64,000 nucleotides of DNA, taken from the IMG/VR virus record IMGVR_UViG_3300038393_001027, positions 1-64,000 of that record, one strand, 5' to 3'. The notes under the pieces were generated by a model that ran no database searches, was not told where the DNA came from, and was given only the letters and a program-made list of their open reading frames with translations. The DNA comes from a virus. Position numbers and translations under genes: made by a program. Within the stretch, counting starts at the first letter, position 1, and each line of letters starts with the position of its first letter. Below are positions 37,375-46,992 of the stretch, in pieces.

Positions 37375-37647
37375 TTACTGATTCTGGACCGGGGCCGGGA
37401 ACTCCTGCTGGCTGGTGGAAGATTTTTCAGCGGCTTTTTCCACACAAAGCCGAAGCTTATCAGGGTCAAAGCGCCGGATCTCATACGTACCAGAGGAGTT
37501 TATATTGAAGTATGGACGGGGAAGGCCGTACCCTTCCCACTCGGCCAGTCGCTTGTAGAAGGTGCTTCTGGACTTCACGCCCAGAAACGCCATAGCCTGT
37601 GCCATCGTCCACATCGTATTGGGGTGGGGGATATGATCTACGTGCAT
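37375..37647 (-). CDS. HTH (AlpA/excisionase-like) regulator
   Basis: TMAQAMAFLGVKSRSTFYKR..RRFDPDKL; upstream TATAAT at 37673-37678. Confidence 0.7.
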   Translation of the reverse strand: MHVDHIPHPNTMWTMAQAMAFLGVKSRSTFYKRLAEWEGYGLPRPYFNINSSGTYEIRRFDPDKLRLCVEKAAEKSSTSQQEFPAPVQNQ

Positions 37648-37736
37648 GCTGTGACGCCTCCTTTCTGGGCCTATTATAACCCGTAGGCGCCACTTTATGC
37701 ACGTCTTTGGACAATTTTTCGGGTAGGGACGGCGCC

Positions 37737-37982
37737 CTAGCGTTTCGCCGGGCGCCGGGGGTCGTTCTCCGGCCAGATGATGGCCGCCGGGAACTTATCC
37801 TTCAGCAAGAACAGGACACCTAGGAAGCCCTTCTTGCAGGGGGCGCAAGCTCGAACCTCCGTTGTAGGCGGGGTCATGCCGGGCCGGGCTGGTTTGTTCA
37901 GCCCCTCGATCGTCTCCAGCTTCTCGTCCGGGGACAGTTCCCGGTTGCAGGCCGGGCAGTAGCGGGGTGCGTTGGGTGGCAT
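37737..37982 (-). CDS. Small Zn-binding hypothetical protein
   Basis: CPAC..CAPC; AAGGAGG RBS. Confidence 0.6.
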   Translation of the reverse strand: MPPNAPRYCPACNRELSPDEKLETIEGLNKPARPGMTPPTTEVRACAPCKKGFLGVLFLLKDKFPAAIIWPENDPRRPAKR

Positions 37983-38010
37983 GGAGCCGGGTCACCTCCT
38001 TGGGCCTTTG

Positions 38011-38039
38011 GTACACCAGCCAAATCAGGGCTGTGACAG
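38011..38039 (-). promoter_or_regulatory. Class I cassette element, copy 7 (partial, spacer +1, no hairpin)
   Basis: CTGTCACAG CCCTGATTTGGCT GGTGTAC. Confidence 0.55.
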
Positions 38040-38043
38040 CAAC

Positions 38044-38685
38044 TTAGTTGTTGCCCCAGTCACCGGGATCATACCCCATCGGGTACGGGTCATCTGGATC
38101 ATGACGCCAGCGGCGCCCGCCGCCGCCATATCCCCGTCGGGGCCGGGGCTTACGGATGATCCGGCCGTCTTCGGTCACGTCGTCGCAGGCGAAGGTGCAC
38201 TTGGGGTAGTTCGAGCATCCATAGAAGGTGCCGCTCTCGTCTTTGCGACTCCGCTTAACCAATACGCCGCCCAGCCGCCCGCGCTGTTTGCATTCAGGAC
38301 ACGTCACCGGGGCCGCCGTTGTCATTAGCCGCCCGGTAGAGTCACGGGTGAAGTTGAACTCGCCCGGCGGAATGGCTTCAACCCGCGCCTGCCCCTTGCG
38401 CCGGGCTTCTTCACGGTATTGCTCTGCCATACGGCGCCGCTCAGCGGCCAGCCGGGCTTCTTCGGCTTCGTTCTTCTGGCGCTTGGCTTCCATGGCGTCC
38501 ATTTCAGCTTCCCAGACCGCATGCCCAGCTTCTCGGACCATCTCCTCAGCCCAGTCCAACATCTTCTGGGCTGAGACGGTTCCTTCACCACCGCAGACAA
38601 GGCAAGCACGGGTGTGGCTTGCACCGAAGCGGCCGAAGCGTTCACCGCCACAGCCGTAGCAGGTGAAGCTCTTTGGTGCTGTCAT
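38044..38685 (-). CDS. Zn-finger protein with topoisomerase-type C4 zinc ribbon
   Basis: CYGCGG..CLVCGG; CPEC..FYGCSNYPKC. Confidence 0.7.
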   Translation of the reverse strand: MTAPKSFTCYGCGGERFGRFGASHTRACLVCGGEGTVSAQKMLDWAEEMVREAGHAVWEAEMDAMEAKRQKNEAEEARLAAERRRMAEQYREEARRKGQARVEAIPPGEFNFTRDSTGRLMTTAAPVTCPECKQRGRLGGVLVKRSRKDESGTFYGCSNYPKCTFACDDVTEDGRIIRKPRPRRGYGGGGRRWRHDPDDPYPMGYDPGDWGNN

Positions 38686-39068
38686 CGTGCGGCACCTGCC
38701 CGGTTGATCGGCCAGCGGATGTCAATTTCCACATCCAGATGCGCCGCCCAAGCCATGATCTGGTTGCGAAGCTCTTCCCACGAATGCCCAACGCCCACGC
38801 CCGGCCGGATCAGCAGGGCTGTGCGTTCGTCCCCAAAGGGAACAAAGATCCAGCCGCACCGACTAAACGGTCCCCAGTCGAAGGCCAGAAATAGGGCCTC
38901 GTGCATGTACTGCACGTCCTTGTTGGCCATCACCAGCAGGATGCCCCTGTCGGCGTAGAAGGCCTCTTCAAAGTCCGGGGCGCCCGGCAGGGGCCGGATG
39001 GCCCCCTCCGTTAGCTCCCGAACGGTCTCAGCGTCAAGAGTCTTGGGTTGATCCCAAGGTTCAGCCAT
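38682..39068 (-). CDS. Hypothetical protein
   Basis: Overlap-coupled ORF. Confidence 0.55.
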   Translation of the reverse strand: MAEPWDQPKTLDAETVRELTEGAIRPLPGAPDFEEAFYADRGILLVMANKDVQYMHEALFLAFDWGPFSRCGWIFVPFGDERTALLIRPGVGVGHSWEELRNQIMAWAAHLDVEIDIRWPINRAGAAR

Positions 39069-39234
39069 TTGGTTCTACCACCTTTACGTCCAGTCGCTTG
39101 GTGATGATGTCCCCGTTGGCGAAGTTTGCATTCTGCAAGGCTTCCGCTGGGGTGTCATACTCTTCAACCGTGTAGCCATCATGGTGATTCAAAAATTTGA
39201 TCAGCAGGTAGGGTTTCGGCTTGGTGTTAGCCAT
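39061..39234 (-). CDS. Small hypothetical protein
   Basis: GGAGGAGG RBS before MANTKP. Confidence 0.55.
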   Translation of the reverse strand: MANTKPKPYLLIKFLNHHDGYTVEEYDTPAEALQNANFANGDIITKRLDVKVVEPNG

Positions 39235-41410
39235 CAGTTTTCGCCTCCTCCCAGAAGCGGTTTGGCGGTAGCCCAGCATCCTTGCGGATCTTGTTGTAGC
39301 CACTCGGACCCAACCAGATGCACACTCGGAAGGTCATCTTCGCCTGCCACGGGTCCTCGATGGCCCAGTCCATCGGATCGAGCCGTTGGAGGATGGGATT
39401 CCCCCGGTAGGCGACGTTCCCAGCCGTCCAGTGCTGGAGAACATCCGGCAAATCGGAAACTTCACAACCACAGAGAAGCGCCAACGCCGCCGCCGTAGTG
39501 GGCTTGAAATAAGCCTGAAAAGGGGCTTCTTTCCCTGTCCCCGTGACGAAACAAGCTCGCTTCTTTGTGGTGCTCGCTATGCTATGATCCCACTTCAGCG
39601 TACACAATCCAACGTCACCGCTGTCCCCGCTAAGCCATGCCTTAGACACATGGGCGCCCGTCACGTAACGTGTTTCGTGCTTACCGCTTTCACGCCACGT
39701 CCCCGGAACCCAGACCGTCTGGTACAGACCACAGATGTTCTGTGATTCAATCACATGACCGAAGCCGCCGTCATGCTTCAGATCGGGTGCTAGGAATTCA
39801 CCGCAGGCCACCGCCCGCAGAAGCGCTGGGGCGTTCGCCTTGATGCGTTCTTCATACCACTCGGCGATCTCGGCCCGACGTTCTACAAACTCGGCCCACG
39901 CCGCCTGCTGGATGCGCTTCGCAAGATTGTAGCGGGCCACCCAGTAGCGGTCAGCTTCGATGTCTTCAACCGTGCCAAACTTCTTGGCGTCCAGCGACTC
40001 GAATCCCACATGCACGATGTTCCTTTCGGCGTCAGTGATGAAGTGCGAGCGCTTGGCTTTCACCAGAGCCACCGCCTTTTCCACCGACGCCGGAAGCGAC
40101 AAGATACCTTGCTCATCAGGACCAACCTTGTTTAGGTCGTCTGCCGTTACCCGGTCCTTGTAGCGGTCCACCAACCAGAACGTCTCACCCGATGCGGCAC
40201 GGCGCCACTTACCGCGCTTCAACGCCAGATCGTGGTCAGTGATCTCCTCAACCGTGATGGGCGGAAGCTCCAGCGGCTTGTAGCGGCTCAGGTCCATGAG
40301 CGCCTTCCCGGCACCTAACGCCTCCGGTACGCGCACCATCTCGCCTGTATACGAAAGGCGTTTCGTCCGATAGCCCTCCACCCAGAACTTGTGCTTGAGC
40401 AGGCCAAAGACCATGATGAGCCAAACGATCTGCTCCGGTTGAAGGTCTGCCACCCTCACAAGCGGCTCGGGCCGCTCCTGATAACGCACCAGCCCAGTCC
40501 GATGCGTCTTGTCGTGAGTCATATCGCCGCTTTCGTTGACCTTAATGCCCAACACCTGATAGGGGAACCAGTACTGTGACGCCCGCTCGTCGAAGCGCCG
40601 TCCTTTCGACCGGGACCGCGACATACTGTTCTGCAGAGGGTGCGCGTTCTCCGTCTTGTCGGTCACCAGTGAGATGGTAGCGCCATTCTTGACGCCGAAG
40701 GCGAAATAGCTCTCCTCTGCATCAGGCTCCCACAGGATCGCCAACACCACGCCTGACGGGGCGCTCGGGTGTGTGAGTGACCGGATCATGGAGTTTACGT
40801 TCCAGTACCGGGCCACTTCCCGATAGAAGATCGGTTCGGCCCCGTCCGAATCACCCTGCATGAACTGATGCGTTGAGAGGCGCTTCGCACCATTCAAAGC
40901 ATCCCGGCGCAGGAAGGCCATGGCGTGCTTATCATCCAGCAGGTCAAAGACATCTTCCCGGTCGATTCCCCAGTCCTCCAACGTGCGGAACATGCCCGCC
41001 CGAAAGTCGTCCCGGTGCGCATTCAGATCCGGGGACCGCAGTAGGCCGAAGAGTTCCTTTGCAAGTGCTACGTCCTCTTCCACTTCCTGCAACTGTGCCT
41101 TCAGATGCGGGCTAACAAACTCCGGCCCCAACAGGCAGATGACAGGCAATGTCCACTCCGACAGGTACTCTTCCAGATAGTAGTCCAACAGAAGCATGGT
41201 GAGCAGGCCGCTGGGATCCAAGTCAGCCGCATCCTTCAAATCTTCGTGGGCGTCGTGCAGATGTCCCCAGCGCATACTAAAGCTGGTAACTCCCCGCTCG
41301 TCTTCCACACCCTGCTTCTTGAAGGTCAGCTTCTGCCAAAGCTCCAGTGCCTTTTCGACCTGACCTGTGAGGCCCCCCGGCTGGGGGGCCTCCTTCCTCT
41401 TCGCGCCCAT
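39227..41410 (-). CDS. Large hypothetical protein (727 aa)
   Basis: Long ORF; no motif recognised. Confidence 0.8.
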   Translation of the reverse strand: MGAKRKEAPQPGGLTGQVEKALELWQKLTFKKQGVEDERGVTSFSMRWGHLHDAHEDLKDAADLDPSGLLTMLLLDYYLEEYLSEWTLPVICLLGPEFVSPHLKAQLQEVEEDVALAKELFGLLRSPDLNAHRDDFRAGMFRTLEDWGIDREDVFDLLDDKHAMAFLRRDALNGAKRLSTHQFMQGDSDGAEPIFYREVARYWNVNSMIRSLTHPSAPSGVVLAILWEPDAEESYFAFGVKNGATISLVTDKTENAHPLQNSMSRSRSKGRRFDERASQYWFPYQVLGIKVNESGDMTHDKTHRTGLVRYQERPEPLVRVADLQPEQIVWLIMVFGLLKHKFWVEGYRTKRLSYTGEMVRVPEALGAGKALMDLSRYKPLELPPITVEEITDHDLALKRGKWRRAASGETFWLVDRYKDRVTADDLNKVGPDEQGILSLPASVEKAVALVKAKRSHFITDAERNIVHVGFESLDAKKFGTVEDIEADRYWVARYNLAKRIQQAAWAEFVERRAEIAEWYEERIKANAPALLRAVACGEFLAPDLKHDGGFGHVIESQNICGLYQTVWVPGTWRESGKHETRYVTGAHVSKAWLSGDSGDVGLCTLKWDHSIASTTKKRACFVTGTGKEAPFQAYFKPTTAAALALLCGCEVSDLPDVLQHWTAGNVAYRGNPILQRLDPMDWAIEDPWQAKMTFRVCIWLGPSGYNKIRKDAGLPPNRFWEEAKTDG

Positions 41411-41411
41411 G

Positions 41412-42041
41412 CTACCGCCCGCCCTTGTAGTAGTCAGCCGGGTTCAGGCCGATCTTTCCGATGTACTCCAGCAAGATCCGGAAGTTCTGCTCCAGCCGGG
41501 CGTTGTGCTTACGCACGTAGTCCTTCGCCTCCACCTGCGACAGAACACCGTGCTCCTTGATCTGGGCCAGCGTCAGCTTGATCGTGTGGGTGGGGAAGAT
41601 GCAGAAGCGCCGCGTGCCATCCGGCTCTACCGTGTCGTCCGGGCTAAGATCAACCTCGAACTGATCATCCAGCGACTGGTGCATGCGGCCCACGCCTTCG
41701 GAGCAGTAGACGAGGATGCCGCTCGGCCCCTCGATGACGGCGAGGTTGTCGTTCGCCACGCCGTGCGGGACCAGCGGCTGTTCGCCCTGCTCGACGCGGG
41801 CCTTGTTGCTGGGCATATCCAACACTGCCTGCCGGATGTTGTAGACGTTCAGCGGGGTGACGGCGGGCGCCGGGGGGTTCGGGCTGATCTCATCCATGAT
41901 GGGGTTCATAGGGTCATGGAGCGGCGGCCGGACCTCGCCGGGCAGGGGCTCATTCAGGACCTTCTCGATCTGCGGGGCCGTACGGTCAAGCTCAGCCTGA
42001 AACAAGCGGATGCCCTCAGCGATCTCGTCAGGGGTAGCCAT
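41412..42041 (-). CDS. Hypothetical protein
   Basis: First gene after element copy 8; AAGGAGG RBS. Confidence 0.7.
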   Translation of the reverse strand: MATPDEIAEGIRLFQAELDRTAPQIEKVLNEPLPGEVRPPLHDPMNPIMDEISPNPPAPAVTPLNVYNIRQAVLDMPSNKARVEQGEQPLVPHGVANDNLAVIEGPSGILVYCSEGVGRMHQSLDDQFEVDLSPDDTVEPDGTRRFCIFPTHTIKLTLAQIKEHGVLSQVEAKDYVRKHNARLEQNFRILLEYIGKIGLNPADYYKGGR

Positions 42042-42072
42042 GTGGGTGTCCTCCTTGGGGATGTGTTGGGTT

Positions 42073-42132
42073 GGGGGCGCCCAAGGCACCCCCTCATTAC
42101 TTCCGTACACCGGGCTACTGGGGCTGTGACAG
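42073..42132 (-). promoter_or_regulatory. Class I cassette element, copy 8
   Basis: CTGTCACAG CCCCAGTAGCCC GGTGTAC GGAAG TAATGA GGGGGTGCC..GGCGCCCCC. Confidence 0.85.
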
Positions 42133-42303
42133 CTTCGTTTCTAGCACCGTTGCCCGGCGCCCTTCCAGCATGTCGGTTGGCACCCAGACCTGACAGAAAG
42201 GACAAACCAACGCCTCACCGTCCACCGGGTCCGGCTTCCAGTCCTGTTCTGCGGTCCACTCACTACAGAAGGGGCAGTGGATGGCCTGCACTTCCTGCGG
42301 CAT
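42115..42303 (-). CDS. Small Zn-ribbon protein ending inside element copy 8 (LSQPQ*)
   Basis: CPFC twice; GGAGG RBS. Confidence 0.65.
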   Translation of the reverse strand: MPQEVQAIHCPFCSEWTAEQDWKPDPVDGEALVCPFCQVWVPTDMLEGRRATVLETKLSQPQ

Positions 42304-42315
42304 GTTGCACCTCCG

Positions 42316-44433
42316 CTAAAGCTGAATGTTGGGGTTCAAAGCCTGCGCCTTGCTGATCGTCACCGTCGTGGCCGGGTTGAAGCTCGCCAGAGGCGCTGTG
42401 CTGGCCGCCCGCCGGGGCTGAACCAGCGACTTCAACTCTTCCAGCGTGATCAGCTTGGCGAAGGCCTCTTCCGACAGTTCACCGTCCTCGACCAGCGCTT
42501 GGAAGATGGTGCGCTTGGAGTCCAGAAGCTTCATCTTGGCCTCTTCGAAGCCATCCCGGCAGAGGAGGTTGATGACCGTCACCGGGTTCTTCTGCCCAGA
42601 CCGATGGACACGGCCGTAGATCTGGTTCATCTTCTGGGGGTTAAAGTGCTGGTCAAGACAGATCACATAGTCGCCTTCCGACGTGCCGCTCTTGTCGAAA
42701 AGCTCCACGCCATAGTTGGCGGCCGTCGTGATGATGGCGATGCGGGTCTTGGGGTCCGTTTGGAACTTCTCAACCCGCTCGCTGATCTCAATGGACTTCA
42801 GCCCACCCTTGATGTAGACAAAGCCTACATGCGGGTAACGAAGCTGGATCTCCCGAAGTACGATGTCGGTCATCTCCACGTACTGGCTGAAGATCGTCAC
42901 CTTGTGCGTCACAAGGCCGATGTCCCCGATGATCTTCCACATCTCATCCAGCTTGGCACTCTCAGCCGGGATCGACATGTCCCGGATGATCGTCGTGACA
43001 GGCTCACCTGCTCGGTTGACTTTCACGCGCTCCTGACCGGGGTTCTCCGGGTCCGGCTCCATGACATAGACCACTTCGCCCAGCACCCGTTGCATGATCT
43101 CTGTCGTGTTGCAGACCTGCTGAAGCCGGGTGATCTGGGCCATGACAGCGAGGTACTGGGTCGTCTCGCCGTCTTCGTCGTCCCATGACTGCAGGATGCC
43201 CTCAACGATCTGGTCGTAGAGCTTCTCCTGCGCCGGGGTGTAGTCAACCCACTGCTCTAAGATGGTCAGTTCAGGCAGGTTGAGCGCGTCCTTCTTGGTT
43301 TTGCGCATGGATAGCGGCTCCAGCCGGGCTTTCAGTTCCGGCAGGGTCTCCGGGTTCGGCTGGCCTGTGCTGTGCCCGCCATAGTCGGTCAGGATGTAAC
43401 GGTCCTTGTACTGCGCCCACGTGCCCAGATAGCCCGGCCGGATGAAGTCCACGAGGTTGAATAGCTCCTCGATGTTGTTCTCCAGTGGGTTGGCCGTCAG
43501 CAGAGCCTTCCAGCCCGCCCCGCCGCAGATCTCGAAGAGCCGCTTGGACGCCACGCCCGTGTTCTTGACCCGGTGCGCCTCGTCAAGGATGACGCCCCAC
43601 GTCTGGTCGATGCCCAGCGCCCGCAGGAACTCGTGGTCGTTCATGAACAGTTCGTAGTTCACGACAATCACGTCTACATCCTGCTCGTACTGGACCTTAC
43701 GAAGCTCCTTTCCGGACACCCGCCGGATGTTGGGAACCATGCGGCCCGTCTTGCCTCGGAGGTACTTCTTCTTACCGTCCACCAAGGTATAGACGCGCTT
43801 GCCTTGCTCATCGCGGATCCAGTCCTCTTCCTCGATCATGCCGTAGTCCACATCGTCCGGTAGGTCACCGTCGATGATCTGGACCGACAGGTCCGTCCAC
43901 TGGCCGACTTCCTTGCGCCACGTGGAATACTTCAGCGGCGCCGGACAGATCACCAACAGGCGCTTCAGCCGTTTGCCTGCGATGAGCCGCAGACCAGCGG
44001 CGAGGGCGCCCAGTGACTTGCCTAGACCAACGTCCCATGCAAGGATGCCGCCGTCGCCAACCTTGACGTCCGTCAGGAACTGCACGCCAACCTTCTGGTA
44101 GTCACGGAGCGCCCAGCCGTTCGGCGACTTCAGTCCGTTAATGGTGATGGCGGATGCCTCTTGATTCTTGATCTGAATGCGCCGGGTGGCCTCAGCCAGT
44201 TGCTCCTTTAGCTGGGCCTCAACCTGTGGCGGGAGCATGGCCTGCGGGAGGAGGCGCTTGGCCTCCTCCAGATTCATCAGCGGAACCTCGTAGGCGCCCC
44301 GAACGCCGCCGGGGAGCATGAGTTCCTTCTCGAAGACGGCGCCGGGGATCTGGCGCAGGATGTGTCGGACGCTGAAGCCGTTCTTGATGCAGAACTTGGT
44401 GGGGTCCTTGGGGTGAGCGCAGAAGATGATCAC
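42316..44433 (-). CDS. SNF2-family helicase
   Basis: LRDYQ, GILAWDVGLGKS, LDEAHRVKN, LTANPLEN, IFSQY, QIYGRVHRSGQ. Confidence 0.9.
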   Translation of the reverse strand: MIIFCAHPKDPTKFCIKNGFSVRHILRQIPGAVFEKELMLPGGVRGAYEVPLMNLEEAKRLLPQAMLPPQVEAQLKEQLAEATRRIQIKNQEASAITINGLKSPNGWALRDYQKVGVQFLTDVKVGDGGILAWDVGLGKSLGALAAGLRLIAGKRLKRLLVICPAPLKYSTWRKEVGQWTDLSVQIIDGDLPDDVDYGMIEEEDWIRDEQGKRVYTLVDGKKKYLRGKTGRMVPNIRRVSGKELRKVQYEQDVDVIVVNYELFMNDHEFLRALGIDQTWGVILDEAHRVKNTGVASKRLFEICGGAGWKALLTANPLENNIEELFNLVDFIRPGYLGTWAQYKDRYILTDYGGHSTGQPNPETLPELKARLEPLSMRKTKKDALNLPELTILEQWVDYTPAQEKLYDQIVEGILQSWDDEDGETTQYLAVMAQITRLQQVCNTTEIMQRVLGEVVYVMEPDPENPGQERVKVNRAGEPVTTIIRDMSIPAESAKLDEMWKIIGDIGLVTHKVTIFSQYVEMTDIVLREIQLRYPHVGFVYIKGGLKSIEISERVEKFQTDPKTRIAIITTAANYGVELFDKSGTSEGDYVICLDQHFNPQKMNQIYGRVHRSGQKNPVTVINLLCRDGFEEAKMKLLDSKRTIFQALVEDGELSEEAFAKLITLEELKSLVQPRRAASTAPLASFNPATTVTISKAQALNPNIQL

Positions 44434-44732
44434 TTCTGAACACCTCCCACCTGAAGCTCCATGCACTCAGTAACAGGATGCGGGCCGTCAGCCGGATAGG
44501 TCTTGAAATAAACCTGATCCCACCCAGCCGTCCTGAACGCTTTAATCAGTTGCTCCCGTACCCAGTTCGTGACCCCACCCCGTAGCGGAACTGACACGTT
44601 GACCTTCCCCTGCGTGGCATAGGAAAGGATCGTGGTGTTAGCGTGCGTAATCATGGCGCCCAGCACCTCGTTCTCCTTGGCGCGAAGCGCTTCCTGCACC
44701 TGAGTACTCAGCGGTCCTAACGGCGTCGGCAT
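44430..44732 (-). CDS. Hypothetical protein
   Basis: First gene after element copy 9. Confidence 0.65.
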   Translation of the reverse strand: MPTPLGPLSTQVQEALRAKENEVLGAMITHANTTILSYATQGKVNVSVPLRGGVTNWVREQLIKAFRTAGWDQVYFKTYPADGPHPVTECMELQVGGVQK

Positions 44733-44753
44733 GATGATGCCCTCCTTTGTGCT

Positions 44754-44812
44754 GGGGGTGGAGGACCACCCCCGCATTACTTACGTACACCGGGCTACCG
44801 GGGCTGTGACAG
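44754..44812 (-). promoter_or_regulatory. Class I cassette element, copy 9
   Basis: CTGTCACAG CCCCGGTAGCCC GGTGTAC GTAAG TAATGC GGGGGTGG..CCACCCCC. Confidence 0.85.
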
Positions 44813-45103
44813 CTAACCCTGCGGCGTCCGGTACAGCCGGAAGTCCCCCTGCCAGTCCTCACCCGGCTTGGGCGTCTTGCCTTGGAACTTCAGGTCCCCC
44901 CAGCCAACGGCGATGTACCGCTCGCGCAGGATCTTCTCAACCGCCCCGTTGGGGTCCAGATCCTTCTCCGTGATGGTGACGAAGATAATCTCACCGATGC
45001 CCTTCGCCATCGCCACCCGGTCGATCTCTGCGTCAATGATCTTCTCCAGCTTGGCCGCCTTCTCCAGAATGGCCGTCTTACCGTGGTTCGGTCCCAGTGC
45101 CAT
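44813..45103 (-). CDS. Hypothetical protein whose stop abuts element copy 9
   Basis: AAGGAGG RBS; TAG is directly followed by CTGTCACAG. Confidence 0.65.
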   Translation of the reverse strand: MALGPNHGKTAILEKAAKLEKIIDAEIDRVAMAKGIGEIIFVTITEKDLDPNGAVEKILRERYIAVGWGDLKFQGKTPKPGEDWQGDFRLYRTPQG

Positions 45104-45116
45104 GACTAGACCCTCC

Positions 45117-45419
45117 TTAAAAGTCGCTGATCCGTCCACCGTATCGCCGGACGCTCGCCCGGACACCCTCTGCTACGATCTGGTTGTAGGTCTCTTGGTC
45201 TGACCGCCGGATGTCGTCTTGGTCAGCCTGATAAGAAGCCCCCTCGTCAGGCATAAACTCCGGATCCTCCGGGTACGGCTGGTTCAGCGGAACGTTGATG
45301 CCTGCACCGCACCCACTGCACTTTGTTGCCTCAAGCTGATCTAGCGAGTGGACCACATGCCCGTTCGTATGACCGCACAGCGGGCACTGAAGCGTTACCT
45401 TGATCGTCGGTAGATTCAT
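45117..45419 (-). CDS. Zn-ribbon hypothetical protein
   Basis: CPLCG..CSGCG. Confidence 0.6.
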   Translation of the reverse strand: MNLPTIKVTLQCPLCGHTNGHVVHSLDQLEATKCSGCGAGINVPLNQPYPEDPEFMPDEGASYQADQDDIRRSDQETYNQIVAEGVRASVRRYGGRISDF

Positions 45420-45531
45420 CAGTCAGTCACCCCCAAATCTGAATGGCCCCGATCAGCAGAGCCAGCAGAATCATCGTCAGAATCGCCGCCGGAATCGCGT
45501 ACACCCACCGCATCCGGATCACCTCGGACCT

Positions 45532-45552
45532 AGCATACCCGATTCTAGACGA
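45532..45552 (-). promoter_or_regulatory. Class II promoter-like site
   Basis: TCGTCTAG AATCGGG TATGCT. Confidence 0.45.
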
Positions 45553-45585
45553 TAATGCACAATCCGAACGCTGGGAAAGGTCGGG

Positions 45586-46029
45586 TTAGGTCCCGGCCAA
45601 ATCCTGCTGATGTTGTGTCTGGACCCCGGCTCGCTCCAAGAAGGCCAGCGGTTTGTCGTCACGGTACAACTCCGCGTAGACCACCCGGCTGATGCCCTCA
45701 GTCACCATGCGCTTGGCGCAGTTCATGCAAGGCGATAGCGTCAGGTAGACCGTGGCACCCCGCAGATCCAGTCCACGGGCGACGGCCTTTAAGATAGCGT
45801 TCTCCTCCGCATGTCGGGTCCGGTGACACCCCTCACCCTCACCGGGGATCTGCAGGCAACCCACCTCTGTGCAGTGGGGGTGCCCGGCCGGGGCGCCGTT
45901 GAAACCGATCGTCAGTACGTCCTTCCCCTTCACGATGACAGCGCCAACCTGCTTTCGGGGACAGGTCCCCATGGTAGCGGTCAGAGCGGCCATCTGCAGG
46001 AAGAACTCGTCATAGCTGGGGCGCCCCAT
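45586..46029 (-). CDS. dCMP deaminase
   Basis: TCPRKQVGAVI, GFNG, HAEENA, PCMNC. Confidence 0.9.
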   Translation of the reverse strand: MGRPSYDEFFLQMAALTATMGTCPRKQVGAVIVKGKDVLTIGFNGAPAGHPHCTEVGCLQIPGEGEGCHRTRHAEENAILKAVARGLDLRGATVYLTLSPCMNCAKRMVTEGISRVVYAELYRDDKPLAFLERAGVQTQHQQDLAGT

Positions 46030-46319
46030 CAGTAGAGCACCCCGCCGCTGTACTGGTCATCGGTCAGGTCGAAGGTGGGTGGCACGGCGCCCTGTTCCAC
46101 GTAGAGCACGTGATGGCGCTCGTAGAGCCGGGGGTTCACCCGCTTCACGAGGATGAAGTCAGACCCGCTGTGCTTCTCCTCCGCTATCTGGGCCTCAGCG
46201 TCCGTGTAGGGCTGGCACTGCTCGACAACACCCGTCAGCAGGTAACCATGAGGGGTCTCACGCTCCAGCACCCCGAAGATGGGCGGTCGATCGTCGATGA
46301 AAAACAGCTTCACGTCCAT
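46029..46319 (-). CDS. Hypothetical protein
   Basis: Overlap-coupled ORF. Confidence 0.6.
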   Translation of the reverse strand: MDVKLFFIDDRPPIFGVLERETPHGYLLTGVVEQCQPYTDAEAQIAEEKHSGSDFILVKRVNPRLYERHHVLYVEQGAVPPTFDLTDDQYSGGVLY

Positions 46320-46558
46320 TAGTAGATCACCTCAGCCTTCCAAGCGTCGTCCGTTAGGTTCTTGTCGATCAGGGGTAGATGGAACGGGGCCAGTAACAGC
46401 CATTCCGTGGTACCAGCGATGCCCGGCACGGCCTCCTCAGCCGCCCGCCGGAGCTTCGTGTTCAGTTCCGCTGAAACCGCCGCCACCTTGGTCCCGACAG
46501 GCCATGGCCCCGCCTTGAAATAGGCGTCCACAGCCTGCCCCAGCAGATTCTGGGTCAT
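46319..46558 (-). CDS. Hypothetical protein
   Basis: AGGAGG RBS. Confidence 0.6.
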   Translation of the reverse strand: MTQNLLGQAVDAYFKAGPWPVGTKVAAVSAELNTKLRRAAEEAVPGIAGTTEWLLLAPFHLPLIDKNLTDDAWKAEVIY

Positions 46559-46560
46559 GG

Positions 46561-46986
46561 TTACCCCTCCTGCACCTTGTAGACCTTTGCTGACACAACA
46601 TGGCCGTCCGGCTCAAACGTGGTCCGGATGCCTTGGCCTTCCTCGATTTCGGGACCACTGGCGCTCGTCGGCTCAGGAATCCCCTGTGCCTGCCGAAGCT
46701 CACGTGTCGCCAAAATCAACTGCTTGATCTGGTAGCGAGTGGCGTCCGTTTCGAAGTGTGGATGTGCCTCATTCTCGATCACCAGACCGAACTCGTTGGG
46801 GGCCAAACACACCCATGCGATGGGCAGATCACCGCCTCGGAAAAAGACGGCCGCATGGACCGGGATGGACCCCATCGCCTTCGGGATCCGCTTCATGCAC
46901 AGGTTGCCCTGCGCCACCTCCTCAGCCCCGTTGATGATCTGCAAGAGCATTCGGGACCGCTTGCGCCGCACAATGACATTCGTCAT
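46561..46986 (-). CDS. Hypothetical protein
   Basis: Tightly packed ORF. Confidence 0.6.
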   Translation of the reverse strand: MTNVIVRRKRSRMLLQIINGAEEVAQGNLCMKRIPKAMGSIPVHAAVFFRGGDLPIAWVCLAPNEFGLVIENEAHPHFETDATRYQIKQLILATRELRQAQGIPEPTSASGPEIEEGQGIRTTFEPDGHVVSAKVYKVQEG

Positions 46987-46992
46987 GATCGG

